Source: Amphiscolops sp. MND2022
Lineage: Eukaryota
NCBI GenBank assembly: GCA_964187785.1
Contig: OZ076409.1
Span: 60,266,001-60,330,000 of the forward strand
DNA: 64,000 nucleotides
Reading direction: 5' to 3'
This document shows, in pieces, positions 49,845 through 63,351 of this stretch. Below the pieces are notes generated by a model. It made no database searches, was not told where the DNA came from, and was given only the letters and a program-made list of their open reading frames with translations. The position numbers were made by a program, and so were the translations under genes. Within the stretch, counting starts at the first letter, position 1; every line of letters begins with the position of its first letter.

Positions 49845-50835
49845 CCAATCTCTTCCAAAGATTGAGTTCAAGCCTTTTTCGCAATCAGAATGAGTGCCTT
49901 CTTGCTATTTTTGTCACCCACTGGCAATTGACAGAACACGTATCCTACAGAATCTCAGGGCTTTCCTGTAAAGTCGACGTACTTTTCCCTTTAAATCATC
50001 CTTCTGACTTGACGATCTTTTCGACGAATTCTCTTCTTAGCTTCGTGCAAAAAAGTAACTGGTGAGTATGTATCGATCATCGTTTTAAACTTGAACCTCT
50101 TATTCATTCTTCCATATGGTACGATTTTGAGTAGTTTAATCCTTCTGCTACCACGATCAGGGCCAATTCTTATTTCTCTGAGTCGTCATCAATAATCCAC
50201 ACTTTCGACGCGTCTGCCACTTTGCACTTGTATGTCGCAATATCTCGGATTAGCATTTCTCATCATTCTGTCTTTTTGCGTTGAATTCCATCATTTTACG
50301 AAATGGTCTTTCATGTCACAGTTTCTGAACGCTTCTGGCGCTTTGCAAGTTTCAGATGAGCTGCCATAAAGTTTCCATCACGCCCCTCAAGCAATTGTTT
50401 TTATTTTGTATCGACACCGCAGTTATTGATTCTTCTACAGCCTTCATGAATAGACCTGGCTATCCGATTTTTCGTTGTCTTCGTAGACAGTTCTTTAAAA
50501 CTATCGCAATTTATAATGCTGCACCGAAGAAAACATGAAAAATTGGGCCTTTTGTTTGATCCCTGAAGTGATTTTGCAGTTAGCTCAATTAGCACGTTCC
50601 AGAATTGCTGTAAAGATTCCAACAGTCTTATTTCCTCGCCAAAAATGATAGTCTGTACAAAGTTTTCTTTCTTCGTTTTCTGAAGCGCGCTCTGCGTTCC
50701 TCCAGATTTTCTCTTGGCTCAATCAGGAACTTATTGGTGTTCGAATAATAATTGTCCAATAGCATCTTCAGGCACGTCTTGCCTGCTGCCAAGTAAAGCA
50801 TACTTACTACTTTCTTTGTAGCTGTTGTTTGGAGT

Positions 50836-53800
50836 GTAAGATTTCCCAGTAAATTAAGAATCTGTTGATTCCTTTCCGTAACTGTCGCCATGATCTCCAA
50901 AGCTGAACGGGAGTGTCTAGCCAGCACTCGATCTATTGACTCCACACAGTAAATGGGGGTTTTTTAGCATCTCGCCTGAAAATAACTCAGGTACAACTCT
51001 ACCACAATCGATGACTGATCTTTTTCGATAAAATTTTTCGATTAATTTTTTTAAACAAAGTCGCTTTGTTTCAAAAACACACAAAGGAGATCTCCGCTTC
51101 GCTTTTGCGTTTGGGACACTATAGGTAGTTCACTATGCTGTTATAGCCTGTTCACTATAGGCTATCAGAAAACGCTTTTTCGTTAAAAGCATCAAAACCT
51201 CTAAGAGGGTACACCATAGGGACAAAATACAAGGATAGTGAACTACCTATAGTGTCCTAAATGCAAAAGCGAAGCGGAGATCTCCTTTGAGTGTTTTTGA
51301 CACTGTTGTAGATTCGATAAAAGAATAAGGTTGGATGCTCAAGTTAAGATTAAGATGTAGCGGTACAACGTAGAGATCAACTGTATACAAACCAAAAGGT
51401 AGCATCAACTAAACAGTACAGACTAGTGTCCTTTAAAGTTCATGACAGGTATTTGGCAACACTGTCTAGACTAATAGGAGCACTCTCCTCTACACTCCCC
51501 CCTCTCCGGGTTTGAGGGTTTTTTTCTGACCATCGGGCTTCGGGGTGTCGGATCGTTGTGGGCTGTTTCGGGTGAAGTGGATCACTTTTTTCTGGTGTTG
51601 TTGCTTTGAATCTGGAATTACTTTAAGTTTGTTAAAAGTATTCGATACCGCCCATTTTTACGACCCTCTTGGCTGTTTTAATTCTGCTTGATCTACGGAT
51701 CCCCCATCTCCCTCTATATTCTCTATGTTCCCCCCCTTCTCAGCCAAAATCTACTAAACCTCTCTTGGCTGGGCTGTTTGTTTTGTTGGGTGACCCGGTG
51801 GGATACCATCGCGTCCTGCTGTTGGCCGTTTCGGAATTCGCTCGGTGCTGCATCCGATCGGCAAAGAAATTGCAGGGGTATCCATGGCCTTCTGTTCTTG
51901 CGGCTGTCCGTTGTCATACCTTATGTCCGCGGTTACGGTCAGCTCGGGATCGATATTTGTCGTGGACGGTAGCTCTTCGGTATGATCTGACTGGCTGTCA
52001 GTTGATATCGTGGTGATGTCTGGTGTCACCTTCGGCCGTTCAGCCGGCATCGTGGGAAACGTCATGCCCGATGTTGACGTTTTCTGGTCGTCTTGTTTGT
52101 TGTATAGCCGTTTGTGCGTATCACATAGGTCTCCATTGCTGAAGCGGCCGCACCTTTTACATCTCATTGTCGGCCTTCGTGTTTCGTCTGGCTTCTTTGA
52201 TGGCTGAAATTTCAGAGGTTTAGATGCCAGTTTCTTATGAATTAGTTTTTCCTCAGTTGTTGTTATGGTGTGCTTAGTTTCCTTGGCTGCGGTTAAAATT
52301 TTATAGGTTTTGAACCGACATTTCATTGCATTAGGCTTGGTTTCTTTTTCAAAAAATTTGTAACTTTTAAAATCACCGCTTACCGATCTACCCCCCTTCC
52401 TCGACTCGTTTAAAACCAGGTAATCGGCCAATTCACCGTCTGAGTTTTGTATGGTGTAGACTTGTAAATCTGCAGGTTGAGCTAAAATGTAATTGGTTAT
52501 TGTTTTCTTCCAGTCAGTAAATAGGCAGGCGGGCTGGCCAATTAGATTTGTTATTGGCGTGCGCGGTTTACGGCCGTAATGTAATTGGAAAGGCGTCATT
52601 TTAAGTGTGTTATGCATGGTTTGTCTAATAGTTTTAATTGCTCTTGTGACGCTTTCTTCAAAAGTTAAACCGTCTTCCAAATTGGCTCTGGTCAGTGATT
52701 TGATTGTGCGTATGGTCCTTTCAACCAATCCGGTTACTGTGTGTAAATTCGGGGTACTACGTATCCTTTTTATGTTTTCGCCTTTGCAGTAATTTTTGAA
52801 TTCTTGGCTTTTAAAACAACTGCCGTTATCGGTGCATATTGTTTTCGGTGTTCCGTTATCTGTACAAAATTTTGTTAAAAACTTTATCACGGTCCGGGAA
52901 TCCGTACTTTTACAAATTTGGGCCGTTGGCCATTTGCTAAAACAGTCAACCGCGACTAAAATGTAAACATCTCCGCGTGATTTCGATTTTATCGGGCCTG
53001 CAAAATTTAATTGAATTTCCTGACCGGGTTCAGTTGAAATTTCGAGTCTATTTACCTCCGTTTGTGGAATTTGTGTTTTTAGGTTCTTACCTGCTGTTCG
53101 GCAACTAGGACAGGTCTCCGTTTTCTCTCGGATTTCTCGGTGTAATCCGGGCCACCAGAACGCCTCTGCCGATTTGTCCATCTTTGTGACGGATACGTGG
53201 TCGCTGTGTACCATCGCTATAATTGTTGAGCGCATTGTTTCCGGGATAGCGATCCGGTCGTTGTAAAAGAGCAGCCCAAATCGTGTCTCTAGATGCTCTC
53301 GGTGGGGACGATAATGAAAGAATAAATCTTCAGCTCTGCCGGCTTCCAGTGCGATTATGGCGTCCAATATCTTTGTGTCTTGCGCCGTTTCCTCTACAGC
53401 AATGGCAAATCCAATGCAAAGTCCTTTTCTGCTCTCCGAATTGTTTCGGCTGTCTTTTGGTTCCTGTCTTCGGGTAATGTAGTCAGCTTGGCGGTCTGCT
53501 TTAGTCGAATCAAGTTTACACTTTCATGTCTTTTAAACTTTTTCAGGATGCTGATCGGGAATTTCTCGGTTTTCAGATGGCTAACTTGGCTCTCGTTGTC
53601 TGAGGGGTTGCTGATCCAGGACTCGTGTATATTTTCATTGAATTCCTGCAATGGTGTTGTCCCAATGGTTTCGCAGTAATTAAAAAATCGATTGTAAATC
53701 AGGATATTAATCCTCTCGATTTCTTTTCTTTCTTGCTGTGTCGGGCGGTAGTCTAGGATCCGTTCGTTCTCACCTCCTTTGCCTACGATCCCAGTTTTGT

Positions 53801-56800
53801 TTGGCTGCAATAATTTAAATCTCTCCGTTCTCAGTCTGCTGGTTTCCGGGGAATGCCCGCGTTTTTTGAAGATGAATTGTAAATCAATTCCATTAACTTT
53901 GTCCATTTTAGGAATTGTAATTGATTTGGATATGTGTTTTGGATTGTCAACTAATTCGGTGTTATTTGACGGTGAGAAAATTTGATCTGATCGTTCGCGG
54001 CTGTTCTGTTCACGTGTCCGCGTGCGGCATTGTGATTGGCTGGAATTCGTTGCCGAGTACGGTCGTTTGATGTGTTGCGTAATACTGCCGTTTGTTCGGT
54101 TAAACTCAAATAAGCCGTATATCTGATTGATTACAAACTCCTCTTCGGCTTCTTTTTCTTCGTTTGCGTTTAGTTCTTCCGTTCCGAGTTCGTTGACGAT
54201 AGGATGTCGGCTCAGATAATCCGTTAATGGGATGTTTTTGCCGGCTGTATATTGCACATTCACATCGAAATGGCCTAGTCGGTCTAACCACCTAGTGAGT
54301 CTTGCGCTGTATTGTTTGTGCGCTCTATTGCATTTCAATAATGGTTGTAGTGCTTGGTGGTTGGTCAAGAGGTTTACCCGTTTGCCATAAACGTAATATC
54401 GGAAGTACTCGAGGCCCCAGAGTACGCCTAGTAATTCTAGCTCATTTATGGCGTACTTTCTCTCACAATCAGTGAAAAATCGACTTGCAAACGCGACCGG
54501 TCTAAACGCCCCGTTTTCTTTTTGCCATTGGGTTGCCCCTAATCCGGTGTTACAGGCATCTGTTGTTATAAAATTATCCTTCTTCGGATCGAAATGTGCT
54601 AAACACGGTGCTTCGGTTAGTTCTTTCTTTAGCTGTTCGAAGTCGACATTTATCTCTTTTGTCCAGTCCCATTTTACGTCTTTCTTGAGTAGTTTCCGCA
54701 TTCGATCAGTCTTTTTGGATAAATTATTTAGAAATTTTGACAGATGTTGTATTGAGCCAAGGAATGATTTTAATTTTCGTGTTCGTGGGAGTTTTTAACT
54801 TTGTGATCGCATCGGTTTTATCCTGAATTGGTTTTACTCCGTTCTGATTTATCAAGTATCCCAACCAGGTTAGTTCTTTTTTGAACAATTCTGTCCTTCT
54901 TTCGCTCGCTCGGTAGCCGGCTTCTTGTAATTTGTTAACACTTCGCGCAATTCTCGTTCGTGTTCTTCTATTGTTCCGTTTGTGACGCAAATGATGTCAT
55001 CTAACCATACCGGTGTTTTAAACCTATGTGCTCTTGAAACACCGTTGGAATGTCCGCAAGTCCGTAGAAACTTTTCTTGAACCGGTAGTGTCCGGTGAAC
55101 TCGCCACCGATGATGGAGAATACGCAGTGTCTCGCTGCTGCAGCGGATAACTTAGCTTGTCCGTACGCATAGTCTAATTCGATCTTGGACATGTCTTCCT
55201 CCATGTTGGGCATGGTCGCTTTCCGTTTTATACACGATTTGTTCAGTTTTCTGGAGTCTAACGCGATTTTCACCGATTTATCTTTTTCGATTGTTATAAC
55301 CGCCGGTGAAACGAAGCAATTTTCGGTTGTCTTGTCTGCTTTTTCTAAGTGCCCTTTTTCAATGAGTTTGTCTAGTTCATTTTTCACTTTTCTTTGGAAA
55401 TGTATTGGCACTGGTCTTCCCTTTTGTTGTATCGGTTTTGCGTCTTTTTTCAATTGAATTTCTATAGTTAGATCTTTTATCGTGTGATTTGTTTTGAAAA
55501 GTTTTTCGAAGTCTTCAAAGATTCTCTCACCTTTTCCGTTTGTGGATATGTTTCTGATGATGTTTGTTTCTAGGCTCCCCTGTAACCCAATTTCCAGTTT
55601 GTCGAGCCAGTCCAATCCCAATATGTTTGTGTAATTTTCCTCTCCGTTATTAGTATGGGCAGTGTCACTTGTGTTTTCTCGGTCTTGACCTCAACCATCG
55701 CCTCGCCTCTAAATTTGATGGGATTTTTATTTACATCTACGAAACATTTTGTGGTTGGTTTAATCCCTTCTGGATTAATAATCGGTGGAATTATCGTCAC
55801 GGGTGAGCCAGTATCAATGACAAATTCTATTGGCTGCCCCTCCACCAATAGGATCGCTTTGTAGAAATCTACACGGTTTATTCCGTTCACGGGTTGAACA
55901 TGATCGATTTCTGGCCATGACTCCGTACTGCCGTCCGTTTCCTCTTCGTGTATCAAATTCACGGTCTTTGATCGGCAAACCTTGGCGAAGTGTCCGGATT
56001 TCTTGCAATTGTTACATTTAGCTTTCCGTGCCGGGCAAATGTGTTCGGGTGTCCAGTTTGACTTTCCGCAGAAATGGCAGTTTTGTTCTGAATTCTTCTT
56101 CTTGCCGGCAAATGTATTTTTTTTGTTTCGCTGCCGGTTTAGTGTACCCGATTTGTTCGTCTTCGGATGTATTTTCTGAAGAGTTTTTTCGTTGTCTCTT
56201 GGAATGTGATGGCTTGTCCCCGTATTTACGGTTGTAGTTGTCTAGTTCGATCGTCTCCAATACCCGTTGCAGTTTCAGGGGACCTTTGATGAATTTGTCA
56301 CGGGCTTTTTTGTCATTTATGGACGCTGCAAATTTGTAGGTGATTATGTCTTCGGGTGTAATGTTACCAAATTAGCACTTTCTCTCTATGTCTACTAGTT
56401 TCTTCCAATACTCGTCCAGTGTTTCACCCTCTTCTTGTTTAATGTTGAAGAATTGGGCTCGACTGTGAAATATGTTTCTTGCGGGTAAGAAGGTCTTTTT
56501 GAACAATTTCAGCAATTCTTGTAGACTAATGTCTTTGAGCTCTTTTCCCCATTGGCCCCTCATGATCTCATGTTTTGCTTTCAGGCCCAAAGCCCAGATG
56601 ACATCGCCTTTGATGTGATATGTTGTGTGTGGATCGATGGAATCAGTTCCGTGTTCTAACAATTCTTCCAGTTTCTTTTGGTATGTTAGGTCTATGTATT
56701 CTGATATTTGTTCCCAGCACATCTTGGGATTTGCATTCGATAGATCGGTCTCTCTATCCGATAGGATTGGGATTTTATACTTGTTTTTCTCAGTCCTCAC

Positions 56801-57318
56801 GACTGTCGTTTGATTGACCGCTGTTGGGTCGGATCCACTGGTGTTTTCCATTGTGTCTTCTTCTGGTTCTTTCTTCTATGACTGCGCCATGTTGTAGACT
56901 CGATAAAAGAATAAGGTTGGATGCTCAAGTTAAGATTAAGATGTAGCAGTACAACGTAGAGATCAACTGTATACAAACTAAAAGGTAGCATCAACTTAAC
57001 AGTACAGACTAGTGTCCTTTAGAGTTCATGACAGGTATTTGGCAACACTGTCTAGACTAATAGGAGCACTCTCCTCTACAGACACAAAGCGACTTTGTTT
57101 AAAAAAACTAATCGAAAATTATTATCGAAAAAGATCAGTTATCGATTGTTGTAGAGTTGTACCTGAATTTTTTTTCTGACGAGATGCTAAAACGCCCCGT
57201 TTTACTGTGTGGAGTCAATGGATCGAGTGCTGGTTAGACACTTCCTTTGAGCTTTGGAGATCATGGCGACAGTCACGAAAAAGAATCAACAGATTGTAAC
57301 TTTACTGGGAAATCTTAC
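50836..57318. repeat. ~300-bp-arm inverted repeat whose right arm is split by Gypsy-C
   Basis: 50836-51136 is the reverse complement of 51235-51303 joined to 57086-57318, with a ~100-bp spacer. A further partial direct copy lies at 57324-57393. Confidence 0.85.
51304..57080 (-). mobile_element. Gypsy-C: full-length but decayed Ty3/Gypsy LTR retrotransposon, same group as Gypsy-A
   Basis: 191-bp LTRs at 56890-57080 and 51304-51494 (minus TGTAGAGG...CTACAACA, 5 mismatches). TSD GACAC at 51299-51303 and 57081-57085. PBS TGGCGCAGTC, PPT AGAGGGGGGAG. gag, IDTGS protease, RT, RNase H and integrase are fragmented by stops, frameshifts and an RT deletion. Confidence 0.97.
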
Positions 57319-59469
57319 TCTCTCATAGGGACAAAATACCAGTATAGTGAATTACCTATAGTGTCCTAAATACAAAAGCGAAGCGAAGCGGAGCGACGTG
57401 TCATTCCTGATCTGTTTCTGGTTTTGACGAAGGCCAACCTGAAGGGGCTTGAAGCGCCCCGAAAGGAGGAAGCTCGACTCATACAACGATTATTGTTGTT
57501 CTTCATCATGAAACACCTCATAGTAAACAGAATAGTCTAATTCTGCCATGCTGATAACTAACTTTCTCGCGATTTTTATTTAGATGTGGTATTTTGACTT
57601 CATGGTATTTTTTCCGGTGTTCTTTTGTCTCCTGATATTTTGACCTGTAACCGTTGAAAAAGTGGATAGTTCAGTGTGAGGCTGGAGAACAAGTCTAGTC
57701 ACAGTACTAGTCACGTCTTTTAATAGGCAAGCGCCGTCTAAAAACAACCTCTCCTGAAAAAGGATTGTGGCAGTTGTAGTTGTGATTTTATGTATGAACA
57801 TTGGGAATACTAGAGGTGTGATTTTGGTGGAATTTCCACTGGCTTTCATCCGATTAAAGCAATACATTCCATGCTAATTTCAAATCGTATTTTTTTGACA
57901 ATTTTGTAAAAGCTGTAAGGTTAGTTGTCTCAATTTCTGTAGAACAATCATTTAAAAGTACACCACAGGCAAAGCCGAAGATCAAACGGAAAGCAGCAAA
58001 AAATCGACAGTTTTGACCAAGGTTTGATTATATTCATTATATTTCGAAATTCAGGCTTGTTGGATTTAATGACTTTTTTCAAAAACGGACAAATAGTTTA
58101 TTTTGTACAGATTGTAGAACCTGTAGAAACTAGGACCTAGCTGCAACTTTTATTGCACTTGAGAAATGTTAGCTTTATCAGTTGTCTGTCAATTTATCAT
58201 TTTGAAGTTTAGTTAGGAGTTTGGACTTTATCAATTTTGTAAATATGGAGTATGACAAATGCTGAATAAACATTTCTGATGTTCTGACATATGCTTCATT
58301 TTCATTTTCGGCAGTTTGGACTGCTCCATTGGACCCTGGTTCATTCGTCATGGCATTGTTGCGTTCGCCCCTTTTCGAATTTTTTATTGTCAAAAAATCC
58401 TTTGATATAAAAGTATGTTAATTCATTTATTTCGGGTGATATAAAAAATACGTGATTTACTTGGCAATTGATTGGTTGGAATAATTCGTTCCCAGATAAA
58501 ATTTTGTCCGTTTTTAAATCTCGAAACGAATAGCCGATTGCCATTTCGAAATTTCAAGAGGAAATGAAAGTTTGTAGCTTTTGAAATCATTTTGCATGGA
58601 TGGTTTCATTCAAAGTCCAAAAATGATATTCGTTGAGTAATGGTTGAATGCTTTTCGAAAAAAAGAAACAAAAATGTTAGGCGGAAATATGTGATGAGGA
58701 AAATTGTAGCCAGAATAGTGGTTTCACTTTCATGAACTTCGTTGGACAGTGTTTCGAGTAACATATGTGCGTTTTGTGGACGTTTTGTTAAAATGTTCAA
58801 GTGTGCACTTATTGGAGTGATTCAAATCTTATTAACTCCGCGAAAATTTTTGTATTCTATACACGCAGACAGTTTTCGTCTCGGTCTATTAAAAAATTAA
58901 GATCAACTATCGCAACCATTTGTTCCGCAAAATGATTTCTTTTCCTTATCATGGCTTCGTTTTAGTTAATATCTTCACACTTGGTTCACACTTCAAGTTG
59001 AGATTTCCACACTTAGCCAGGTTGTAGATAAAATTTCACGCGGCTTGAGGAGCGATTTTCCCGATAAGTCACAGCGAGTGAATTTTACCCATTTCCCCGT
59101 TTTACTGGTTAATCAAAAGATACTGATCATTTTAACTTGACTGCCGCTCAAAAGGCTGGCAGTTTTGAGGTGATACGAAATTTATGAGATTGTGAATAAT
59201 TTATGAAAAGCAGATGAAGTGGGATCGAATCTGCTCTCGGCCTAATTTCTCCACCCCCTCTTTTTACCAATAGATTGCCGCCTTCCGTTGAGATAAGGCT
59301 CTCTGTTTGGCAGATTTACTCTTTTATTGATTTTACTCTTCGAATATCTATTTGATTACCCTTTACGTAACGAATGTAATCTAACTCATGCATAATGTAC
59401 CCCTATATACACGCTCGGTTACATACAACCCACAAATATATACTTATGTACCAAATACACACATATATA

Positions 59470-61000
59470 GAAAGTATAAATTATAGAGCGTCTCTCTTAC
59501 TTTTCGAGACGCCGCCGCGTTAACTATCTTGGACTACTTAAAATTCTCCCAAGCCGGCTTGTCGTAATTTCAATTCGCTTCTAAACTTGTTTCTCCAGAC
59601 GAGTCGCAATTGTTTAAAAGTCGCAACAATTTTCAAGAGGCGCAGTGTATTTGACGCGAAGGGAGCACATTTCATGCGTTCTTGGACCACCACCAAACGC
59701 GTATAAGAAAATTGGAGTGTTTTTCTAGAGATTCGAAAGCGAAAGAAGTGAATTTTGGTCCTTATTGGCTACCAAGATTAACGGAGCTGGCTCTCAAAAG
59801 AGAGACTCTGCAATTCTGAGCTTAGCTGTAATAGCAGACAATGGACAGACGTACGAAATACGCTGTTTCTCCTGTTTTTCACATTTTCACAGCCTCCGAC
59901 GCTACCGCCACGGCGCTTAGTTTTTTATTCATTCATCGGATCGATCGTGCTACGCTGTGCATTGAAATCGCTATATTATCCCGTTATTATTATTATTATT
60001 TACCTCCATTCCCGGCCGGCTGCAGTTGTAAGGGGAAAAGAAGTTACTCCTGCTTCCATTTCCCGCCATTTATCCCAGTTTTCCACCGCGTCTCAGCAAC
60101 TATCAGTCGCTTCCGAAGATGGCACTACTTGTTGAACTTATCCCAAAAAACAACAACAGTTACGCTCGGGTTCTCTTACCTAACTCGTAGCCAATCGAAT
60201 TCGAGATTGCTTCTATCCGAGAAGAATTCCCATGTCAGTTGATACTGTTCTTCGTTTCCTCAAATGGGAATTTATTGCTTTTTCTTACCTTTCCCGTTGC
60301 TGAATTTTGTTGTCGGGTTGCCGAACTCATTCTCCCAGATTCGTCAGCTTTCTGAGCTAGCCCGCGCTCCTTATTTGCCTTCTGTCTTGTCTTAACTGAA
60401 GAATTTCTTCTCCCGCTGATAATCTCAGTCGCCTAACCGTCCGTCTAGTCAAAATTGTACCTTCACAACTACCAATACCAACTAACCTCCGACCACAACT
60501 AGCTTTGAAATCCCGCCGATTTTTCCCGCCAGTCGTGAACAAATTGCCAAAAATTATTAACTGGCACCAACGCCAAGCTGCGTGTATCATCCGTTATCCT
60601 GTCGCTAACCGTGATTTTTCATAGCTTTATCCCTATATTTGGATAGTTATCTTTCCCATTCCTCGAAATTTTTCTCCTCTTTTTCTCTTCCAGATACATT
60701 GCGACTATCATTGTTGCGACTGCTACATTTCTAGCTAACATTACGACACTGCTTGGGCACTCAGTCATTTTATTCCCTCAGCTCTTGAAGTTTCTTTTTC
60801 TGTCTTTTCTCCATTTTCCCGCTTTTTGCAGTATTCCTTCTCTTTCCTCTGATCAATACTCTTCCACGCCTTTCCTTTAGCTCGCTGCTCGGCAAATTAT
60901 TTTCACAAATATTCCTTCTTATTCCGTTCTCCGCCAAATTTTCCCCGCTCCACTTTTTTACGTCTGCAGCACCTTGACTGTGAGAATAAAAAGCAAGAAA
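59470..61000 (-). mobile_element. Possible highly decayed LTR-retrotransposon relic
   Basis: Strong strand asymmetry (purine-rich minus strand) like the Gypsy elements here. Only weak peptide similarity and no intact motif. Confidence 0.25.
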
Positions 61001-62202
61001 AGCAAGGAATATTCAACGGGCGTGAACAAATAATTAATTGCGAGCATTTATTTCTCTACTACTTGTGTTTCACGCGTTTGCGCAAAAACAATTCAATTGT
61101 GTTCCAACGTTGGCCGGTCATTGAGTTGAAAAAAGACAAACATGCTTTTGTTTTCACATCTTTCACATCACCTTACATCCTCATTCACTCACTAGCTACA
61201 AAAACCGTGTCACTGTTGTTTTTCATGTATCGCCGTCCTAAAAGGCGGATTATTTCAAAACGGGAGCAGCTTTCAATTTCAGACCTATTTTCTTCACCGC
61301 GCATTTAATTTTTCCATCCAATCTTCCGATCCAAGCATTATTTCCCATCCCTACTGTCCCTACGGTCAACTTTTTGTTTATTTACCGCCATTATTTCCCT
61401 GTTCACACCTTGCGTAATCAACTATAGTCATTGGATGTGCTGCTTGCTCTACCCCTGGAAGGAAGAAGACTTTTAATCCCCATTTTGTAGCTCCACGATT
61501 CACATCTATTTTATCCCATCTTTCGTCACCTCGAGTTCACAAAATGTTGACTTTTTTCTCCTCTCTTATTGATTAAATTTATCTGACACAAACTTGAAAG
61601 TCCCTCACTTTTTATTCCTCACCCTACGAACGCGTGCGACGCTTTTTCTCATCTCTTTATTGTCTTCTTATTTGCTGCGCACGCACTTCGAATAATAAAG
61701 AACGAAGGATAAAATTCTAACTTGTGTAGCAAACAAGCGGGACATACCTGAAGTATCACGTGTCCATTTTAAATACCTTTTCCTATATTTCATTTATTCT
61801 CCTGACGCAATTTTGTTTCCTCTGAAGATTTCTACTTAATCTTGAAATTTCCAATTTCAGTGCCTCTCAAAAGCGGCTCTGAAGGAATTATCAGCTTACC
61901 GAAAGCGAAGGCTTCTCAGCATCCAAATCGCTTATTCTACTACTGATTATTAGTATCGATTACCGGTTCTACCTCACTTCTAAACAAATTGGTGTTTCAT
62001 CATTTCAAGACCTAGTGTTGCGCAATAGATAGACAATCTCTGTTTTCTGTCATCTTTTACTCAATCTTCTCAACCTCTTCGCGTCTTCAATTTCGTAGTT
62101 CATTACTTCTCAGTATTTCTTAAAATACATTTCTACCTTGAACAATAAAAAAACTTAAAGCTACAAAGTCATGTTTTCATCTCTAAAAAACGTTTTGTTT
62201 AG

Positions 62203-62824
62203 ATATTACATAATCGCAAATTACCTGACTCTGTTCGGAATCAATCCTACGACCGGAGAGCTATACACTGATGGGAAAATGGACTTCGAACAAGGACACG
62301 TTGCCGACTTGAAAATTCGCGCAATCAACGAAAAAGCTGGAATTTCTCAAGGCGAGGATAACTCGGCGCTAGATTTTTCGTCGTCAGATTTGAACGTTCG
62401 GGTGAGATTAAAAGACAAAAACGACAATACCCCTGTTTTTGAGGACCAGGTCATGCAAATATTTGTACGGGAAAACGAACCCGTGGGCTCAGTAATTGGA
62501 ACCGTTACTGCTACCGATGAAGACTCAGGATCTAACGGGAAGATACTTTACTCAATCTTGGATCAAAGCCCAAAAAATAAAGTTGAAATTGACAGTTCTA
62601 AAGGCACGTTAACCCTTTTGGAGAGTATCGATTACGAGCAAACCCAAGAAATTGATGTCGTCATAATGGCACGTGACCTTCCGGACGACGAGAGCCAATC
62701 AAGAGCGAGCTACTCTACTGTTGTAGTCAAAGTGTTAGATGAAAACGATAACAATCCTGTTTTTGAAGGCAACGATTCCATTGTCATCAGCGAGGATCAT
62801 GATTTACAGTTCTCTTTCTTCAAG
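62203..62824 (+). CDS. ds: Dachsous-like cadherin, exon H (phase 2-0)
   Basis: ttgtttag/62203 and AAG/gttagt. Encodes MDFE, DKNDNTPVF, ATDEDSG, IDYE, DENDNNPVF. Confidence 0.93.
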
Positions 62825-63351
62825 GTTAGTCATCTCAAAAACGTGTCAATTATGAAAGACAATTAATAGTTCAGCAATTAATCTAATTTTACATTTCTGA
62901 AGCCATCAAAAGTTTTCTTTCTGGTATTTTTGATGCTTTTTTTCAATTTCCAAGAACTTCCTTCAAAAGAAAGATTAATGATATCTTTTGTGTAATCTTG
63001 GTTTTTCCTGATCATTAAATGGGTTTTCGCATTGCTGTGATCTCAAATATTTGAAAACTAATGAGATTTTGCGTAATCAAAGCTGATAATTTGAAAATAA
63101 AACTGATAGAAGATTGTAGAAAGTTTGTATATTCACTCGATGTCGAGATGGTTTTTAATGATAGTTCAACTACTTTGCTGAGAAGAAAACGGATGATTAA
63201 TTAACTCGATGGTTGCATTTCTGCTTCTGAAAAGCGTTTAAAAATGTTCCAACTGGAGTTGAATTCTAGAGTTAGGTAAAAACTACTTTAATCACACCTT
63301 GTAGTTTAACATCTCGCATTTTTTATATGGTTCTAAAAGACTAGTATTTCT

